A DNA stretch of 64,000 nt from an uncultured Bacilli bacterium (lineage in GTDB: Bacteria; Bacillota_I; Bacilli_A; ML615J-28; CAG-698), in NCBI GenBank assembly GCA_934096585.1, contig CAKOMG010000001.1:2256-66255 (forward strand), given 5' to 3'. The stretch's first letter is position 1; the number at the start of each line of letters is the position of its first letter. Both the position numbers and the translations under genes were made by a program. Shown here piece after piece: positions 48,435 through 58,993 of the stretch. The notes beneath the pieces were generated by a model. That model did not search any database, was not told where the DNA came from, and worked only from the letters and a program-made list of their open reading frames with translations.

Positions 48435-49343
48435 TTATCCTTTTAAATTGTTCTTTTTTCGCAAACAATAAATTAAAATATAAATTGTTGCTAGTAAAAT
48501 AATTGATCCTATTACAATTAAATACATTGTAAGAATTGAAACTTTATTATCAAAAAAATAAATATTACAATCTATACTATCTTTAATTCCTTCTACTACT
48601 TCTTTTGGAAAATGTGCATTTTCTAACATTTCCTTATAAACACCTTGTAGTGAATGATTGCGAATTAAAGATGTACCATAAGTACTAGGTAAAAACATTA
48701 ATGTATTTCTCAATCCACTTCCAAATTGCGATATAGGCATATATGCACCACAAAAGAACCCATAACCAGCGGAAACAATAGTACCAATTGCGGATACTTG
48801 TCCTTGTGAAGTTAAAAATGAATTAATGATAGAAGAAACAAGTGTTCCAAAAATGGATAAAAGAAATACATCAAGTAAAATTAAAATTACATCACTAACT
48901 GACAAAAACCATCCAATAATTGCAATATATATAAAAGATGCAAATGTAGCAATATAAGTAATTATTAGCGTTGAAAATAACGTTGCTAAAAAATATGATA
49001 GTGCAACAGCCGATTTATTAACTGGTGAAACTGTTATATCCATAATTGTTTTATTTACTTTATCTTGCGCCATTAATGTGTTTGAACAAAACGCTACTGT
49101 AACACAGCATACAGCAAGTAATGATGAAAATAATTCTCCCCCTACAATTCCATTGATAATACTTTCACTAACAGTGAAACCTTCTGGCAAACTACTAATA
49201 AAAGAATCTTTATAAATTTTTGCTAAAAAGGTACTATAAAGAATTAATAGAATTATTGGAGTAATTAATGAAGAAAAAAACATACCTTTATCTTTAAAAT
49301 AAATTTTAATATTTCTTTTTGTTAAAATCCATAATGTTTTCAT
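48435..49343 (-). CDS. ABC-2 type exporter permease
   Basis: 6-TM ABC-2 permease. Likely start MKTLWIL at 49343: GGAG RBS 9 nt upstream and a 1-nt gap after the ATPase stop. The track start at 49358 is an extension. Confidence 0.7.
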   Translation of the reverse strand: MKTLWILTKRNIKIYFKDKGMFFSSLITPIILLILYSTFLAKIYKDSFISSLPEGFTVSESIINGIVGGELFSSLLAVCCVTVAFCSNTLMAQDKVNKTIMDITVSPVNKSAVALSYFLATLFSTLIITYIATFASFIYIAIIGWFLSVSDVILILLDVFLLSIFGTLVSSIINSFLTSQGQVSAIGTIVSAGYGFFCGAYMPISQFGSGLRNTLMFLPSTYGTSLIRNHSLQGVYKEMLENAHFPKEVVEGIKDSIDCNIYFFDNKVSILTMYLIVIGSIILLATIYILIYCLRKKNNLKG

Positions 49344-49344
49344 A

Positions 49345-50253
49345 TTAATTATCTCCATTCAATTTCTTTCCTGTTACAGAAAGAAATACATCATCCATTT
49401 TTCCTTTAGTAATTTCAAAATCAGTAAAAAAATCAGGATACTGAATTATTAAATTTTTTGCTTCTTCTGTATTTTTAACTTCTATTCTTATACCATCTTT
49501 AATTAATTCATATTTTAAATTTAGTTTGTCAATTTGGTTAATAGATTTATTGTATATAGTAATAAAATCGCCTGTATATTTGTTTTTTAATTCTAATGGT
49601 GTTCCTTCGGCTGCAATTTTTCCTGAATCAAGAATTATTACATAATCTGCATCAACAGTTTCTTCCATATAGTGAGTTGTTAAAAACACAGTCATTTTCT
49701 TTTCTTTTCTATATGTTTGAATAACATTCCATAATGTTTTTCTTGTTTGGGGATCAAGTCCAGTAGTTGGTTCATCTAAAATTAGTATTTCAGGGTCATG
49801 TAATAATGCTCTTGCAACATCGATTCTTCTTCGTTGACCACCTGATAGTTTCCCAACAGTTCTGTTTAATAAATCTTCAAAATTTAAAAGTTTAGATAGT
49901 TCAAATATTTTATTATTTGCTTCTTTCCCATAAAGTCCATATAAACTAGCTCTTGAGATTAAATTATCTTTTACTGACAAAACATTATCTAAAACAGAAT
50001 TTTGAAAAACAACACCAATTTTATTTGATATTTCTTTCATGTCGGTTTCAATGTTTTTTCCATTGATTAAAACTTCACCATTATCTTTTTCAAGCATTCC
50101 GCAAATTATAGAAATTGTTGTACTTTTACCAGCTCCATTAACTCCTAAAAAAGCAAAAAGTTCTCCTTTTTTCACACAAAATGATAAATCATTAACAGCA
50201 TGTACTTCTTTAAATGTTTTATTTAAATGCTTTATTTCAATTATATTTTCCAT
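49345..50253 (-). CDS. ABC transporter ATP-binding protein (DrrA-like with C-terminal domain)
   Basis: GVNGAGKST, LSGGQRRR, ILDEPTTGLD. GGGAG RBS. Confidence 0.85.
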   Translation of the reverse strand: MENIIEIKHLNKTFKEVHAVNDLSFCVKKGELFAFLGVNGAGKSTTISIICGMLEKDNGEVLINGKNIETDMKEISNKIGVVFQNSVLDNVLSVKDNLISRASLYGLYGKEANNKIFELSKLLNFEDLLNRTVGKLSGGQRRRIDVARALLHDPEILILDEPTTGLDPQTRKTLWNVIQTYRKEKKMTVFLTTHYMEETVDADYVIILDSGKIAAEGTPLELKNKYTGDFITIYNKSINQIDKLNLKYELIKDGIRIEVKNTEEAKNLIIQYPDFFTDFEITKGKMDDVFLSVTGKKLNGDN

Positions 50254-50313
50254 ATTATCTCCCTAACTATTGTTATATTATATAACATTTTTTAAAATAC
50301 TTCAATATTTCCA

Positions 50314-50346
50314 TAAAAAAAAGGAGTATGGTTTTAACCATACTCT
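50314..50346 (-). terminator. Terminator after the collagen-like gene
   Basis: Minus strand GAGAGTATGGTTaaAACCATACTCC + TTTTTTTT. Confidence 0.6.
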
Positions 50347-50356
50347 CAATTTTTAA

Positions 50357-53068
50357 TTATTCAGTTACAGTGTTATGAACTAAATATGCTTTTACATTAT
50401 ATTCGCCTTCAGCAGCACCAATAATGTTCATTGCTATATAAATAGTATCACCAACTTGCATATTTAATGCTTTTAAAGCATCTCCTGCTTTATAAGTTCC
50501 ATTATAACCGCATAGTAAATAATCCCATTCTGCAGTAATTCCTGAATTAGGTTTTCCAGAAGGAACGATTTCAACAACTGTGAATTTACCATTTTCATAT
50601 TTTAATGCAACACGTTCAGTGTATGTAGAAGTTTTAAATTTATAACCATTCTTTAAAATATTTAATCCTTCGTAAACAGGCATACTAGCAGTTGCAGCTT
50701 GAGTGTTTTTATGGATAACGAATTCAGTTGCGCTTGCATCAACGAATAATGGTTTTAAAGTTTTGCCAGCTAATGTTGCATCAACTACTTTAACGATTTC
50801 ATTCTTTTCATTAACCCAACCTAAGAATACTTTTCCTTCTTTAACAGCAACTAATGTAATTTCAGTTTCTTTTAACATTGTTACGTTAACAACTTCAGTA
50901 ATTGCAACAACTAATTGTTCCATTCCTGTAGGAACTGCATTTAATTGATCAGCAGTTACATAAGGATTTTCCTTATTAAATCCTTGCATATATCTACCTA
51001 ATTCATGTGCATAATAAGCAGTAATTGCAACCCAAGAACGATCGGCTCTAAATGTTTTTGAAATATAAGCCATAAATGGAGACCATTTAGCAAACATTGC
51101 TGGATCGCCTAAGAAATATACATTGTCAGCTGCATCAGAAGCAGTAGGTGTTTGGTCTTTAAATGTAGTATAATCTACCATAAAGTTAACTTTTGAGTCT
51201 CTTTCTTGATCATAATTTGGATATAAACTTGATGGATTTGCAGCTGCACCAACATAGCAGAACCATTTACCATTGAAGTTTTCGCCAATGAAATCAGCTA
51301 AACTTAAATCTTCAGCTTTGAATGCGCCTTTAGCAACACACCAGTTATAGAAATCAGTTAAGAATACAGTTTTAACTTGTGTAGAGTTAGATACATAACC
51401 TTGTGCACCATCGAAATCAAATGTAAAGCTTACAGGTTCTCCCCATTTAGCATATACTTTCATATCGCCTTCTACTAATGTTTTAGCAGTAACAGCATTA
51501 GTGCATTCAGCTTCTAAGAACCAACCTTCAAATGTATAACCTTCTCTTGTAGGAGCAGGTAATTCACCAACAGCTTTTCCATAAACTAATGTTTCAATAG
51601 CTTCAGGAGCACCTGTAGCATCTACATAGTTTAGATCAAATTCAATCTTATGACTATTTCCTTGCCATTTTGCTCTTAAAGTCTTAATTTCAGTTTTGTT
51701 ATCAATAGTTTCAACTTTAGTATCACCATCGAACCAACCTAAGAATTGATAGTTATCTCTTGAAATTACTGGAAGAGTAACAGCTTCGCCATCTTCAGCA
51801 ACAATTACAGGATTTGTAACTTCTTCTTTAACAGGATTCTTAGTATCATCATTTAATACTAATTGAACTTCAGCACCAAATACAGCTTTAACAGTTGTAG
51901 CTTGAGTTGGAGTGAATACCATACCAACATTAGTTTCACCATCAAACCATGTTCTAAATGCTAAATCACCTTTACCAACTTTTGGTAATGATAATTGTTC
52001 ACCAACAGTAACGATATAAGTAGTTTCTTTACTAGCGATATAGTAATCTAAAACTCTCTTTTGAACTTCTTCAGTTGAGAAGTCAGCTGTATAGTGATAT
52101 AAAGTTTCAACTAATTTAGAACTAATAAATGCATTTAATGCAAATGCTACAGAGTAAGGAGCAATATCTTTACTTAAAGCTACTAAATCTTCACCATTTA
52201 ATGCGTTCTCTAACCATGTGTATAAGTCATGTTCAGCCTTTGGATATGCACCAGGATTTGCAACATCTGCTTGTTCAAATTCAACATCTTTTAAATATTG
52301 TAATAATGGACGCCATTTAATTTTATAAGCTTCATCATTAAACATCTTCCAAACTTCAGCATCCCAAACACTTACATTAGTAGCAGGATTTGAAAGTTTT
52401 TTCCAATTTGTATAATCAGCTAAGAATTCTTTCTTTAAAGCTTCAACGTTTTTATAAGTACCAACGATTTCTCCACCATTTAAGTCTAATTTTACTTCAT
52501 ATCCCCAAACTGCAGTTAAAGTAACATCACCTTTAACAACATATGTATCGTTATATACTTGTTCTCCATCGCTCCATCCTTTGAATATTACACCTTCTTT
52601 AGTAGGTTTAGCTAATGTTAATTCTGTTTTATAAACAACATTTTCTAAATCTTTAACATCAGCAGTTCCACCATCTAAATTAAATTTAACAGTGTATTGT
52701 CTAGAATATCCATCTAAATCTTCAAATGAAAGTAACATTTTCCATTCATCGTCACCATCACCTTCATAACGCCATTTAATTCCAGTAGCATCTACTTTAA
52801 ATTCAACTTGTTTACCAGGTTCTCCTTGAGGACCTCTTTCTCCTTGAGGACCTTGTGGACCAGTTTCACCAGTTTCTCCTCTAGTTCCTTTATCTCCCTT
52901 AGGTCCACGTTCACCAGGTTCACCATCTATTCCGTCTTTACCTGCAGCACCAGCGTCTCCCTTAGGACCTTGGATACCTTGTTCTCCTTGAGGACCAGTA
53001 CATCCTACTAAGCAGAAAACAGAACAGATTAACATTAATACTACTAAAATAAAACTTCTTCTTTTCAT
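50357..53068 (-). CDS. Collagen-like (GXY)n surface lipoprotein with Listeria-Bacteroides repeats
   Basis: AAGGAGG RBS then [23 protein letters not shown] lipobox. About 20 uninterrupted G-X-Y triplets ([22 protein letters not shown]...GEPGK). Then at least 4 Flg_new-type repeats (..F.GW..GE.V) and a large C-terminal domain of unknown function. Confidence 0.75.
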   Translation of the reverse strand: MKRRSFILVVLMLICSVFCLVGCTGPQGEQGIQGPKGDAGAAGKDGIDGEPGERGPKGDKGTRGETGETGPQGPQGERGPQGEPGKQVEFKVDATGIKWRYEGDGDDEWKMLLSFEDLDGYSRQYTVKFNLDGGTADVKDLENVVYKTELTLAKPTKEGVIFKGWSDGEQVYNDTYVVKGDVTLTAVWGYEVKLDLNGGEIVGTYKNVEALKKEFLADYTNWKKLSNPATNVSVWDAEVWKMFNDEAYKIKWRPLLQYLKDVEFEQADVANPGAYPKAEHDLYTWLENALNGEDLVALSKDIAPYSVAFALNAFISSKLVETLYHYTADFSTEEVQKRVLDYYIASKETTYIVTVGEQLSLPKVGKGDLAFRTWFDGETNVGMVFTPTQATTVKAVFGAEVQLVLNDDTKNPVKEEVTNPVIVAEDGEAVTLPVISRDNYQFLGWFDGDTKVETIDNKTEIKTLRAKWQGNSHKIEFDLNYVDATGAPEAIETLVYGKAVGELPAPTREGYTFEGWFLEAECTNAVTAKTLVEGDMKVYAKWGEPVSFTFDFDGAQGYVSNSTQVKTVFLTDFYNWCVAKGAFKAEDLSLADFIGENFNGKWFCYVGAAANPSSLYPNYDQERDSKVNFMVDYTTFKDQTPTASDAADNVYFLGDPAMFAKWSPFMAYISKTFRADRSWVAITAYYAHELGRYMQGFNKENPYVTADQLNAVPTGMEQLVVAITEVVNVTMLKETEITLVAVKEGKVFLGWVNEKNEIVKVVDATLAGKTLKPLFVDASATEFVIHKNTQAATASMPVYEGLNILKNGYKFKTSTYTERVALKYENGKFTVVEIVPSGKPNSGITAEWDYLLCGYNGTYKAGDALKALNMQVGDTIYIAMNIIGAAEGEYNVKAYLVHNTVTE

Positions 53069-53308
53069 GTTATCTAAAACCTCCTTGTTTTTTTTAGTAA
53101 AAATAGACATCTCTATTCGTAAATATTATACCATTTTTTACACTAAATTGTCAAGCGTTTACATCAATTTACATTTAAAAAATTTTGTTTTTTTACTTTT
53201 GTTTGTTTTTTTGTATTTCTTTTATTTAAATATATAGTAAAAGCTCTATAAATATGCTATAATAATATATGAATAAATTATACATTTTAGAAAGGATATT
53301 AATTTAAC

Positions 53309-53833
53309 ATGGGAAGAATAAATATAGTTTTATATCAACCAGAAATTCCTCAAAATACTGGAAATATTATGAGAACTTGTGTAGCTACAAATACCATCTT
53401 ACATTTTATTGAACCTCTTGGTTTTAGCTTAGATGAAAAAGAAATAAAACGCAGTGGAGCAAACTACGTTAAGGATGTTGAATATTATTGTTATCCTAAT
53501 TGGGAAACATTTTTAACCAAAAATAATCCTGAAAACATTTATTATTTAACAAGATATGGTCAAAAACATTTATATGATGTTGATGTTAAAGATCAATCAA
53601 AAGATTATTATTTCGTTTTAGGAAAAGAATCTACAGGAATTCCTTATGATATATTAAAAGAAAATTTTGATAAATGCATTCGCCTACCTATGACTGATAA
53701 AGTGAGAGCATTGAATGTAAGTAATGTTGCTGCAATAATGATGTATGAAGCAATGCGTCAACAAGATTTTCCAGGTTTAGAACAATATGAACCAGAATCT
53801 ATGAAAGGTAAAGATTTCCTTTTAAAACAATAA
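53309..53833 (+). CDS. trmL: tRNA (cytidine/uridine-2'-O)-methyltransferase TrmL (SpoU family)
   Basis: MGRINIVLYQPEIPQNTGNIMRTC...LGKESTGIP are SPOUT motifs. 174 aa. Confidence 0.85.
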   Translation: MGRINIVLYQPEIPQNTGNIMRTCVATNTILHFIEPLGFSLDEKEIKRSGANYVKDVEYYCYPNWETFLTKNNPENIYYLTRYGQKHLYDVDVKDQSKDYYFVLGKESTGIPYDILKENFDKCIRLPMTDKVRALNVSNVAAIMMYEAMRQQDFPGLEQYEPESMKGKDFLLKQ

Positions 53834-53876
53834 TAATTTTTAATTATTTGTTCATAATATTATTAGGAGGAATATT

Positions 53877-54065
53877 ATGAACAACAAAAAATCAAAAACT
53901 GTTTTTTCCAATTTTTGTGATGGAAAAAGACTTTCAACAAAACATTCAAGTCACATTCAAGGACCATTCATGAATGAATTTGGCGAAGATATTATATCTG
54001 AAGTTGTTGAAAACGAAATTAAAGTTAAACCAAAAAAGAAAAGAGTAACAAAAAACGATAAATAA
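53877..54065 (+). CDS. Small basic hypothetical protein (62 aa)
   Basis: Strong RBS TAGGAGGaatattATG and its own terminator. Lys-rich C-terminus (KVKPKKKRVTKNDK). No family recognised. Confidence 0.4.
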   Translation: MNNKKSKTVFSNFCDGKRLSTKHSSHIQGPFMNEFGEDIISEVVENEIKVKPKKKRVTKNDK

Positions 54066-54092
54066 TTCTAGTTTTAACTAGAATTTTTTTTA
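54065..54092 (+). terminator. Rho-independent terminator
   Basis: ATTCTAGTTttAACTAGAAT + TTTTTTTT. Confidence 0.6.
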
Positions 54093-54099
54093 TTTTTAG

Positions 54100-54107
54100 T
54101 GTATAAT
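54100..54107 (+). promoter_or_regulatory. Extended -10 (TGTATAAT) for tRNA-Arg
   Basis: Lies 10 nt upstream of the tRNA 5' end. Confidence 0.45.
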
Positions 54108-54117
54108 AATATTAAGT

Positions 54118-54194
54118 GTCGCCGTAGCTCAGTTGGATAGAGCATTTGCCTCCTAAGCAAAGGGTCGGCAGTTCGAGTCTGCTTGGCGACGCCA
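54118..54194 (+). tRNA. tRNA-Arg (anticodon CCU)
   Basis: GTCGCCGTAGCTCAGTTGGATAGAGCATTTGCCTCCTAAGCAAAGGGTCGGCAGTTCGAGTCTGCTTGGCGACGCCA. Anticodon loop CTCCTAA, encoded CCA. Confidence 0.9.
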
Positions 54195-54417
54195 TTTGTT
54201 TATAATTATTGTACGGAGTTTTAATATAACAAATGAAAAATATCACCAATAAATTATAAAAATGAATGCACAAATTTTGAAAAAATATAGACCTATATTA
54301 TGTTATTCCAATAGTTATCTTAGTGTTTGCTACTACTTCTTTAACAATCGGATATGCCAATATAGAACCTACAAAACGAACTCAACGTCAACCTGATTAT
54401 ATTGTATAATATTGAGT

Positions 54418-54435
54418 CACTGTCAATTGATAGTG
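54418..54435. promoter_or_regulatory. 18-bp near-palindrome CACTGTCAATTGATAGTG (operator candidate) upstream of the SIMPL gene
   Basis: Centred on CAATTG with one mismatch between arms. Lies immediately downstream of TTGTATAAT (54402-54410). Confidence 0.3.
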
Positions 54436-54534
54436 GCTTTATTTTTACTAATATTTTAACCTATTGATAAAATAAAAAAAGAATGTTATAATAATTTTTG
54501 AAGGAAAATATTTTAAATAGGAGGTACTTTAACA

Positions 54535-55191
54535 ATGAAAACTATTACTATAAAAGGAATTGGACAAATCGCTTTAAAACCTGATTTAATTGTAATTTCA
54601 ATGAAAATGGAAACTATAGACAAAGAGTATGATAAAACAATGGAAATATCAGCAAAACGTATTGATGAGCTTAATAAAGCACTTGAAGAAATAGGATTTA
54701 AAAAAGAATCTATCTTAACAACAAATTTCCATGTTTCAACAAGATATGAAAGCATAAGAGATAAAGACGGAATTTATAAAAATGTTTTTAAAGGTTATGG
54801 TTGTATACACAACTTAAAACTTGAATTTGATTTTGACACAAAAATCTTGGCAAAAGTTTTATCTAAAATTTCACTTTGCCTTGCAAAACCTGAACTTTCA
54901 ATAACATTCACAATCAAAGACCAAACTAAAGCTAATGAAGAACTATTAAAATCAGCAACAAAAAATGCAAAAGAAAAAGCCTTGATTCTTTCTTCTAGTT
55001 CTGGTGTAACTCTTAAAGATTTAATATCTATTAATTATGACTTTAAAGACATATCTCTTTATTCCAATACTGAATACACAGTAGAAAATAGATGTATGAT
55101 GCAGGCTGAATCATATCTTGCAAATGTAAATATAGAGCCTGATGATATCAAAATCAATGATACTATAACCTTTGTTTGGGAAATCATTTAA
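54535..55191 (+). CDS. SIMPL-domain protein (DUF541/YggE-like)
   Basis: 218 aa. AGGAGG RBS. N-terminal ITIKGIGQIALKPDLIVISM...EISAKRIDELNKAL is typical of the SIMPL family. No signal peptide evident. Confidence 0.5.
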   Translation: MKTITIKGIGQIALKPDLIVISMKMETIDKEYDKTMEISAKRIDELNKALEEIGFKKESILTTNFHVSTRYESIRDKDGIYKNVFKGYGCIHNLKLEFDFDTKILAKVLSKISLCLAKPELSITFTIKDQTKANEELLKSATKNAKEKALILSSSSGVTLKDLISINYDFKDISLYSNTEYTVENRCMMQAESYLANVNIEPDDIKINDTITFVWEII

Positions 55192-55399
55192 TTTTTTTTG
55201 ACTTCTTCTATTGAAAAAATATAAGTTTAAAAGAAACTATTGTATGTTAGAAATATAAAAAAAGTATACCCAAAGACAACAACTACGATAACCTTGATTT
55301 CATTCCATTAAATAAAAACTAATTATAACTTTAAAATTTTCATGATAATTATTGAATTATTTATATAAATATGCTATTATAATGCAAAGGAAGATAATT

Positions 55400-55858
55400 A
55401 TGGAAAATAACCTTACTAGTAAAGAATTATTGGAAATATTTCGAAATGATAAAACATATGAAAATGCAATGAATTATATTATTAAGTTTATTGAAGGATA
55501 TAAGGGTAAACAAGGATATTATGATTATTTTGCATTAACTTCAAATAAAAGTTCTGTCTTTAAAATGCATTATCATGGCATTTTACGGAGATTTATTTAT
55601 ATTGAAACAACAAACGATCATACTTTAGTTTTCCATGCACTAGGTCGAGCTGTTATCGATCTTCCTCTATCATCAATGTATAAGGAAGACGACGTAAAAG
55701 AAGATTTATATAAAGAAATCAAAGAACGGGCTCCAAAGGACATAATAGATGAGTTAACATCAAAAATATACAAAAATTTAGATAACTATATTAAAGATCT
55801 AAAAATTGTAGTTTATCCAAAATGGAGACTGTGTACTAAACGTGTAGATGTATTTTAA
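55400..55858 (+). CDS. Hypothetical protein
   Basis: AAAGGAAG RBS then MENNLTSKELLEIF.... 152 aa. No family recognised. Promoter TTGAAT-17-TATTAT lies upstream. Confidence 0.4.
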   Translation: MENNLTSKELLEIFRNDKTYENAMNYIIKFIEGYKGKQGYYDYFALTSNKSSVFKMHYHGILRRFIYIETTNDHTLVFHALGRAVIDLPLSSMYKEDDVKEDLYKEIKERAPKDIIDELTSKIYKNLDNYIKDLKIVVYPKWRLCTKRVDVF

Positions 55859-55873
55859 TAGGAGGTATAAAAA

Positions 55874-56350
55874 ATGAATAATCATCAAAAAACAAAAAAG
55901 AATCTTAAGATCATAGGAATCATTTTAGTAATAGTTGGAGGAATTTGTGCTATAACTGGATTTGTTGATTTCTTTATAGCCGCAAATAGTCAGAGAATGC
56001 CTCAATTATTCTTTTTATGTTTTATTGGTCTACCAACACTTGGTATAGGCGCTTCTATTCTAACATTTGCTTTTAGAGGCGAAATAATGCGTTATAACAA
56101 AAATGAAAGTGTTCCAATTATCAATGAAGCAAGTGAAGAAATAAAACCAGCCGTTCACAATGTTGTTTCAGCAGTTAAAAATAGTTTAAATGATGATACA
56201 ATCACTTGTAGTTGTGGAACAGTAAATGATAAAAATAATAAGTTCTGCAAAAAATGCGGAAAAGAACTCCTAAAAACTTGTCCGTCATGTGGAAAAAATA
56301 TTGAAAATGATTCTACTTTTTGTCCACATTGTGGAGCTAAAATAATGTAA
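55874..56350 (+). CDS. Membrane protein with C-terminal double zinc ribbon
   Basis: AGGAGG RBS. Two TM helices, then CSCGTVNDKNNKFCKKCGKELLKTCPSCGKNIENDSTFCPHCGAKIM (4 x CxxC). Confidence 0.5.
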   Translation: MNNHQKTKKNLKIIGIILVIVGGICAITGFVDFFIAANSQRMPQLFFLCFIGLPTLGIGASILTFAFRGEIMRYNKNESVPIINEASEEIKPAVHNVVSAVKNSLNDDTITCSCGTVNDKNNKFCKKCGKELLKTCPSCGKNIENDSTFCPHCGAKIM

Positions 56351-56385
56351 AAAAAATCCTAGATATTCTCTAGGATTTTTTTATT
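56351..56385 (+). terminator. Rho-independent terminator
   Basis: AATCCTAGAtattcTCTAGGATT + TTTTTTATTT. Confidence 0.7.
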
Positions 56386-56507
56386 TCCAATATTCACTAA
56401 AGCATTTGATAATGCTTTCCCGTCCTCTTATAATAATAAACGCACATTTCAACCTCCACTATTAAAATTATAAAACTTCAACTTAAAACGAACTTTAAAA
56501 TAATATT

Positions 56508-57248
56508 TTATTTAATTTCACATTTTAAATATTTATCTGCTTCCATAAATACTTTTCCAATTTTATCATTTATAACGAGGTTAGCATAAGTATCTAAAGA
56601 TGTACTATCCTTATTGATTAATACTAAATATTTGCCATTAAAATAACGAACTAATCCAGCTGCTGGATAAACTTGTAAACTTGTTCCCCCAACAATTAAA
56701 CAATCCGCATTTTCAATTGCATTAATTGAATTCATCATCACTTTTTCATCTAATGGTTCTTCATATAAAACTACATCTGGCTTGATAATGCCACCACATG
56801 AGCAGTGAGGAATATCAACTGAATTTATTATGTAATCTTCATCATAAAACCTATGACACTTCATGCAATGATTTCTTTTAATAGATCCATGAAGTTCATA
56901 AACTATCTTATTTCCCGCTTCACTATGTAAGCCATCAATATTTTGCGTTACTATTGCTTTTAACTTTCCCATATCTTCTAGTTTTTTTAAAAATATGTGA
57001 GCAAAGTTACACTTAACTCCTTTTACAATCATTTTATCTTTGTAAAATCGATAAAATTCTTTGGGATTATTCAGAAAAAATGTATGACTTAATATTTCTT
57101 CTGGAGGATATTTATATTTTTGATTATATAAACCATCTACACTTCGAAAATCAGGAATCCCACTTTCCGTGGAAACACCAGCCCCACCAAAAAAGACGAT
57201 TGATTGGCATTCTTTTATTATTTTAACAAGTTCCATTATTTTATTCAT
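56508..57248 (-). CDS. cobB: NAD-dependent protein deacylase (sirtuin, CobB/SrtN)
   Basis: GAGGTG RBS then MNKIMEL... FFGGAGVSTESGIPDFRS, TQNIDGLH and a Zn ribbon CxxC...CxxC. The track start at 57260 is a TTG extension. Confidence 0.85.
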   Translation of the reverse strand: MNKIMELVKIIKECQSIVFFGGAGVSTESGIPDFRSVDGLYNQKYKYPPEEILSHTFFLNNPKEFYRFYKDKMIVKGVKCNFAHIFLKKLEDMGKLKAIVTQNIDGLHSEAGNKIVYELHGSIKRNHCMKCHRFYDEDYIINSVDIPHCSCGGIIKPDVVLYEEPLDEKVMMNSINAIENADCLIVGGTSLQVYPAAGLVRYFNGKYLVLINKDSTSLDTYANLVINDKIGKVFMEADKYLKCEIK

Positions 57249-57353
57249 ATTGCACCTCAAAATTTGCGTTATAATCTTGTTTTGTATTTTACTTTATAAT
57301 TTAATGCTTAATCATTTTTAATTAATTATGGTTTGAATTTTATGTTGTTTTTT

Positions 57354-58094
57354 TTATTTAATTGTATATATATACTTTCTTCCTTCTTTTTTTACAACTT
57401 CTACTACTTCTAGTGACACTAGTACATTTAACATTAAATTTGCATAACGAATTGATGAAAAAGTAAGTGATGCTAGCATTGAACTCGTGAATTCTTTTGG
57501 AAGTTCTTTAGGAAATAAAGATTTATAATCCTCTTTTGTTTTTAATTCAATAATTTTAACTAATTTTTTAGGTATTCTTTCATTACAACTTGATCCTCTT
57601 TTTTTAGTTTTGTTATAACCATTTAAATTGCGATATTCATCAATATCTAAAAGTAATAAAGTAATATTAACTTTATTTAACAATGATTTAATTTTATATA
57701 ATTCATAAAACACTTCTGGAACTTTAAATTTCTTTGGTGATTTATTTCCTCCATTTATTTCTCCCGTTTCACTATTAACCCAATAAATTACTTTAGAATT
57801 AAAAACTGGATAAATAATATTTATATCATATTCATTTAATGATATTAAATATTTTAACTTTTCTCGTAATCTATTAAATTGTTTAGTTTGAATTTCTATA
57901 ATTTTTTTATCATTTAATATGTCAACATAATAAGTTCCTATTTTAATTTCTTGATTAATTTTTTCACCGTATAAATCTTTTAATGACTTATGTAGTGTTT
58001 TTTCAGAAAGATTACCAATTTTATGATTTTGATTATAAGAATAATCTTTTAGATTATTAATAATTGTATTATTGTATTTATCTATTAAATCCAT
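57354..58094 (-). CDS. Hypothetical protein with possible PD-(D/E)xK nuclease-like core and C-terminal winged-helix-like region
   Basis: 246 aa. GTYYVDILNDKKIIEIQTK gives a D-x10-E-x-Q-x-K arrangement. No confident family assignment. Confidence 0.35.
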   Translation of the reverse strand: MDLIDKYNNTIINNLKDYSYNQNHKIGNLSEKTLHKSLKDLYGEKINQEIKIGTYYVDILNDKKIIEIQTKQFNRLREKLKYLISLNEYDINIIYPVFNSKVIYWVNSETGEINGGNKSPKKFKVPEVFYELYKIKSLLNKVNITLLLLDIDEYRNLNGYNKTKKRGSSCNERIPKKLVKIIELKTKEDYKSLFPKELPKEFTSSMLASLTFSSIRYANLMLNVLVSLEVVEVVKKEGRKYIYTIK

Positions 58095-58194
58095 AATTAA
58101 TTACCTTTTTACTTTAACTATTAATTATAATATCATAACTTTTTTAAAATATAAAGTTTAAAATAAAAAAAGTTAATTCATTTAACTGAATTAA

Positions 58195-58986
58195 CTATTT
58201 AAACAATTTGCTTTTAGGATTTAAAATATTAACAACACGATAATCACATTGTAAATATTTATCAAATTCTTTTTTATCTTTGTCAATAGTCTCAATAATT
58301 GTGACATTGGTTTTGCCTTTAATAGGTGGCAAATTGTTATAAAGCATTGTATTTACTTTTTCCGCAATTACTTCATCGATTGGTAACAAATCAACTTCTT
58401 TTAAGAATTCAAATATTTCTGTTTTTAACATTAAATAATTAATTGAAGATGGTATAATAATATCTAGTCCCTTTTTGGAAACAGGTCCAACAACCATTTT
58501 TGTTTCTTGGAAGCTTTCGGATGTTTTAACTTTATAATTTTTTAATGTTTCCGTCAAAGAATCACTAGTCATATTATATAAATGGTTATATCTAAAATTC
58601 TTTTGATACATATTAGCTTCAATAACTGATGTACATGCTAAAAAGCCTAAGTTTTTATATTCATACTTTTCATTTATGTAATTGATTGTTTCTTCAGTAA
58701 TTAAAATATAAGGAATTTTTATTTCTTCAATTACTGGCATACAATATTCAATAATGGTATCACTAGCAACTACTAAAATATCTACTTTATTATTAATTAA
58801 AAAATCAATAGAATTTTTAACATCACTAACGAAAGTTTCTTCATCTAATCCTTCATATTTTTCAACTGTATTAGTATTATAATATAAAATTTCACAATTT
58901 TTAAAAGTGTTATATAATGTATTTAAAACATAAATATTATTATTATCGGCATCAATTACGCCTATTACCTTTTTTTCTTTTTCCAT
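58195..58986 (-). CDS. Divergent Asp/Glu-racemase-superfamily paralogue (MurI-like, possibly non-catalytic)
   Basis: 263 aa. VIGVIDADNNNIYVL, VVASDTII and LACTSVIE align positionally with MurI DSGIGGL, ACNTAS and GCTHF blocks. The first catalytic Cys is replaced by Ser. Confidence 0.35.
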   Translation of the reverse strand: MEKEKKVIGVIDADNNNIYVLNTLYNTFKNCEILYYNTNTVEKYEGLDEETFVSDVKNSIDFLINNKVDILVVASDTIIEYCMPVIEEIKIPYILITEETINYINEKYEYKNLGFLACTSVIEANMYQKNFRYNHLYNMTSDSLTETLKNYKVKTSESFQETKMVVGPVSKKGLDIIIPSSINYLMLKTEIFEFLKEVDLLPIDEVIAEKVNTMLYNNLPPIKGKTNVTIIETIDKDKKEFDKYLQCDYRVVNILNPKSKLFK

Positions 58987-58993
58987 ATTCTAC

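Noticed and set aside
52808-53011. 67-aa plus-strand ORF ([15 protein letters not shown]...)
   Set aside because: It is the reverse-frame mirror of the collagen-like GXY repeat and a repeat artefact.
54195-54534. Possible small ORF/TM peptide in the tRNA-Arg to SIMPL intergenic region
   Set aside because: The best candidate frames are interrupted by TGA stops or lack a start codon and RBS. The region is more likely promoter/operator DNA.
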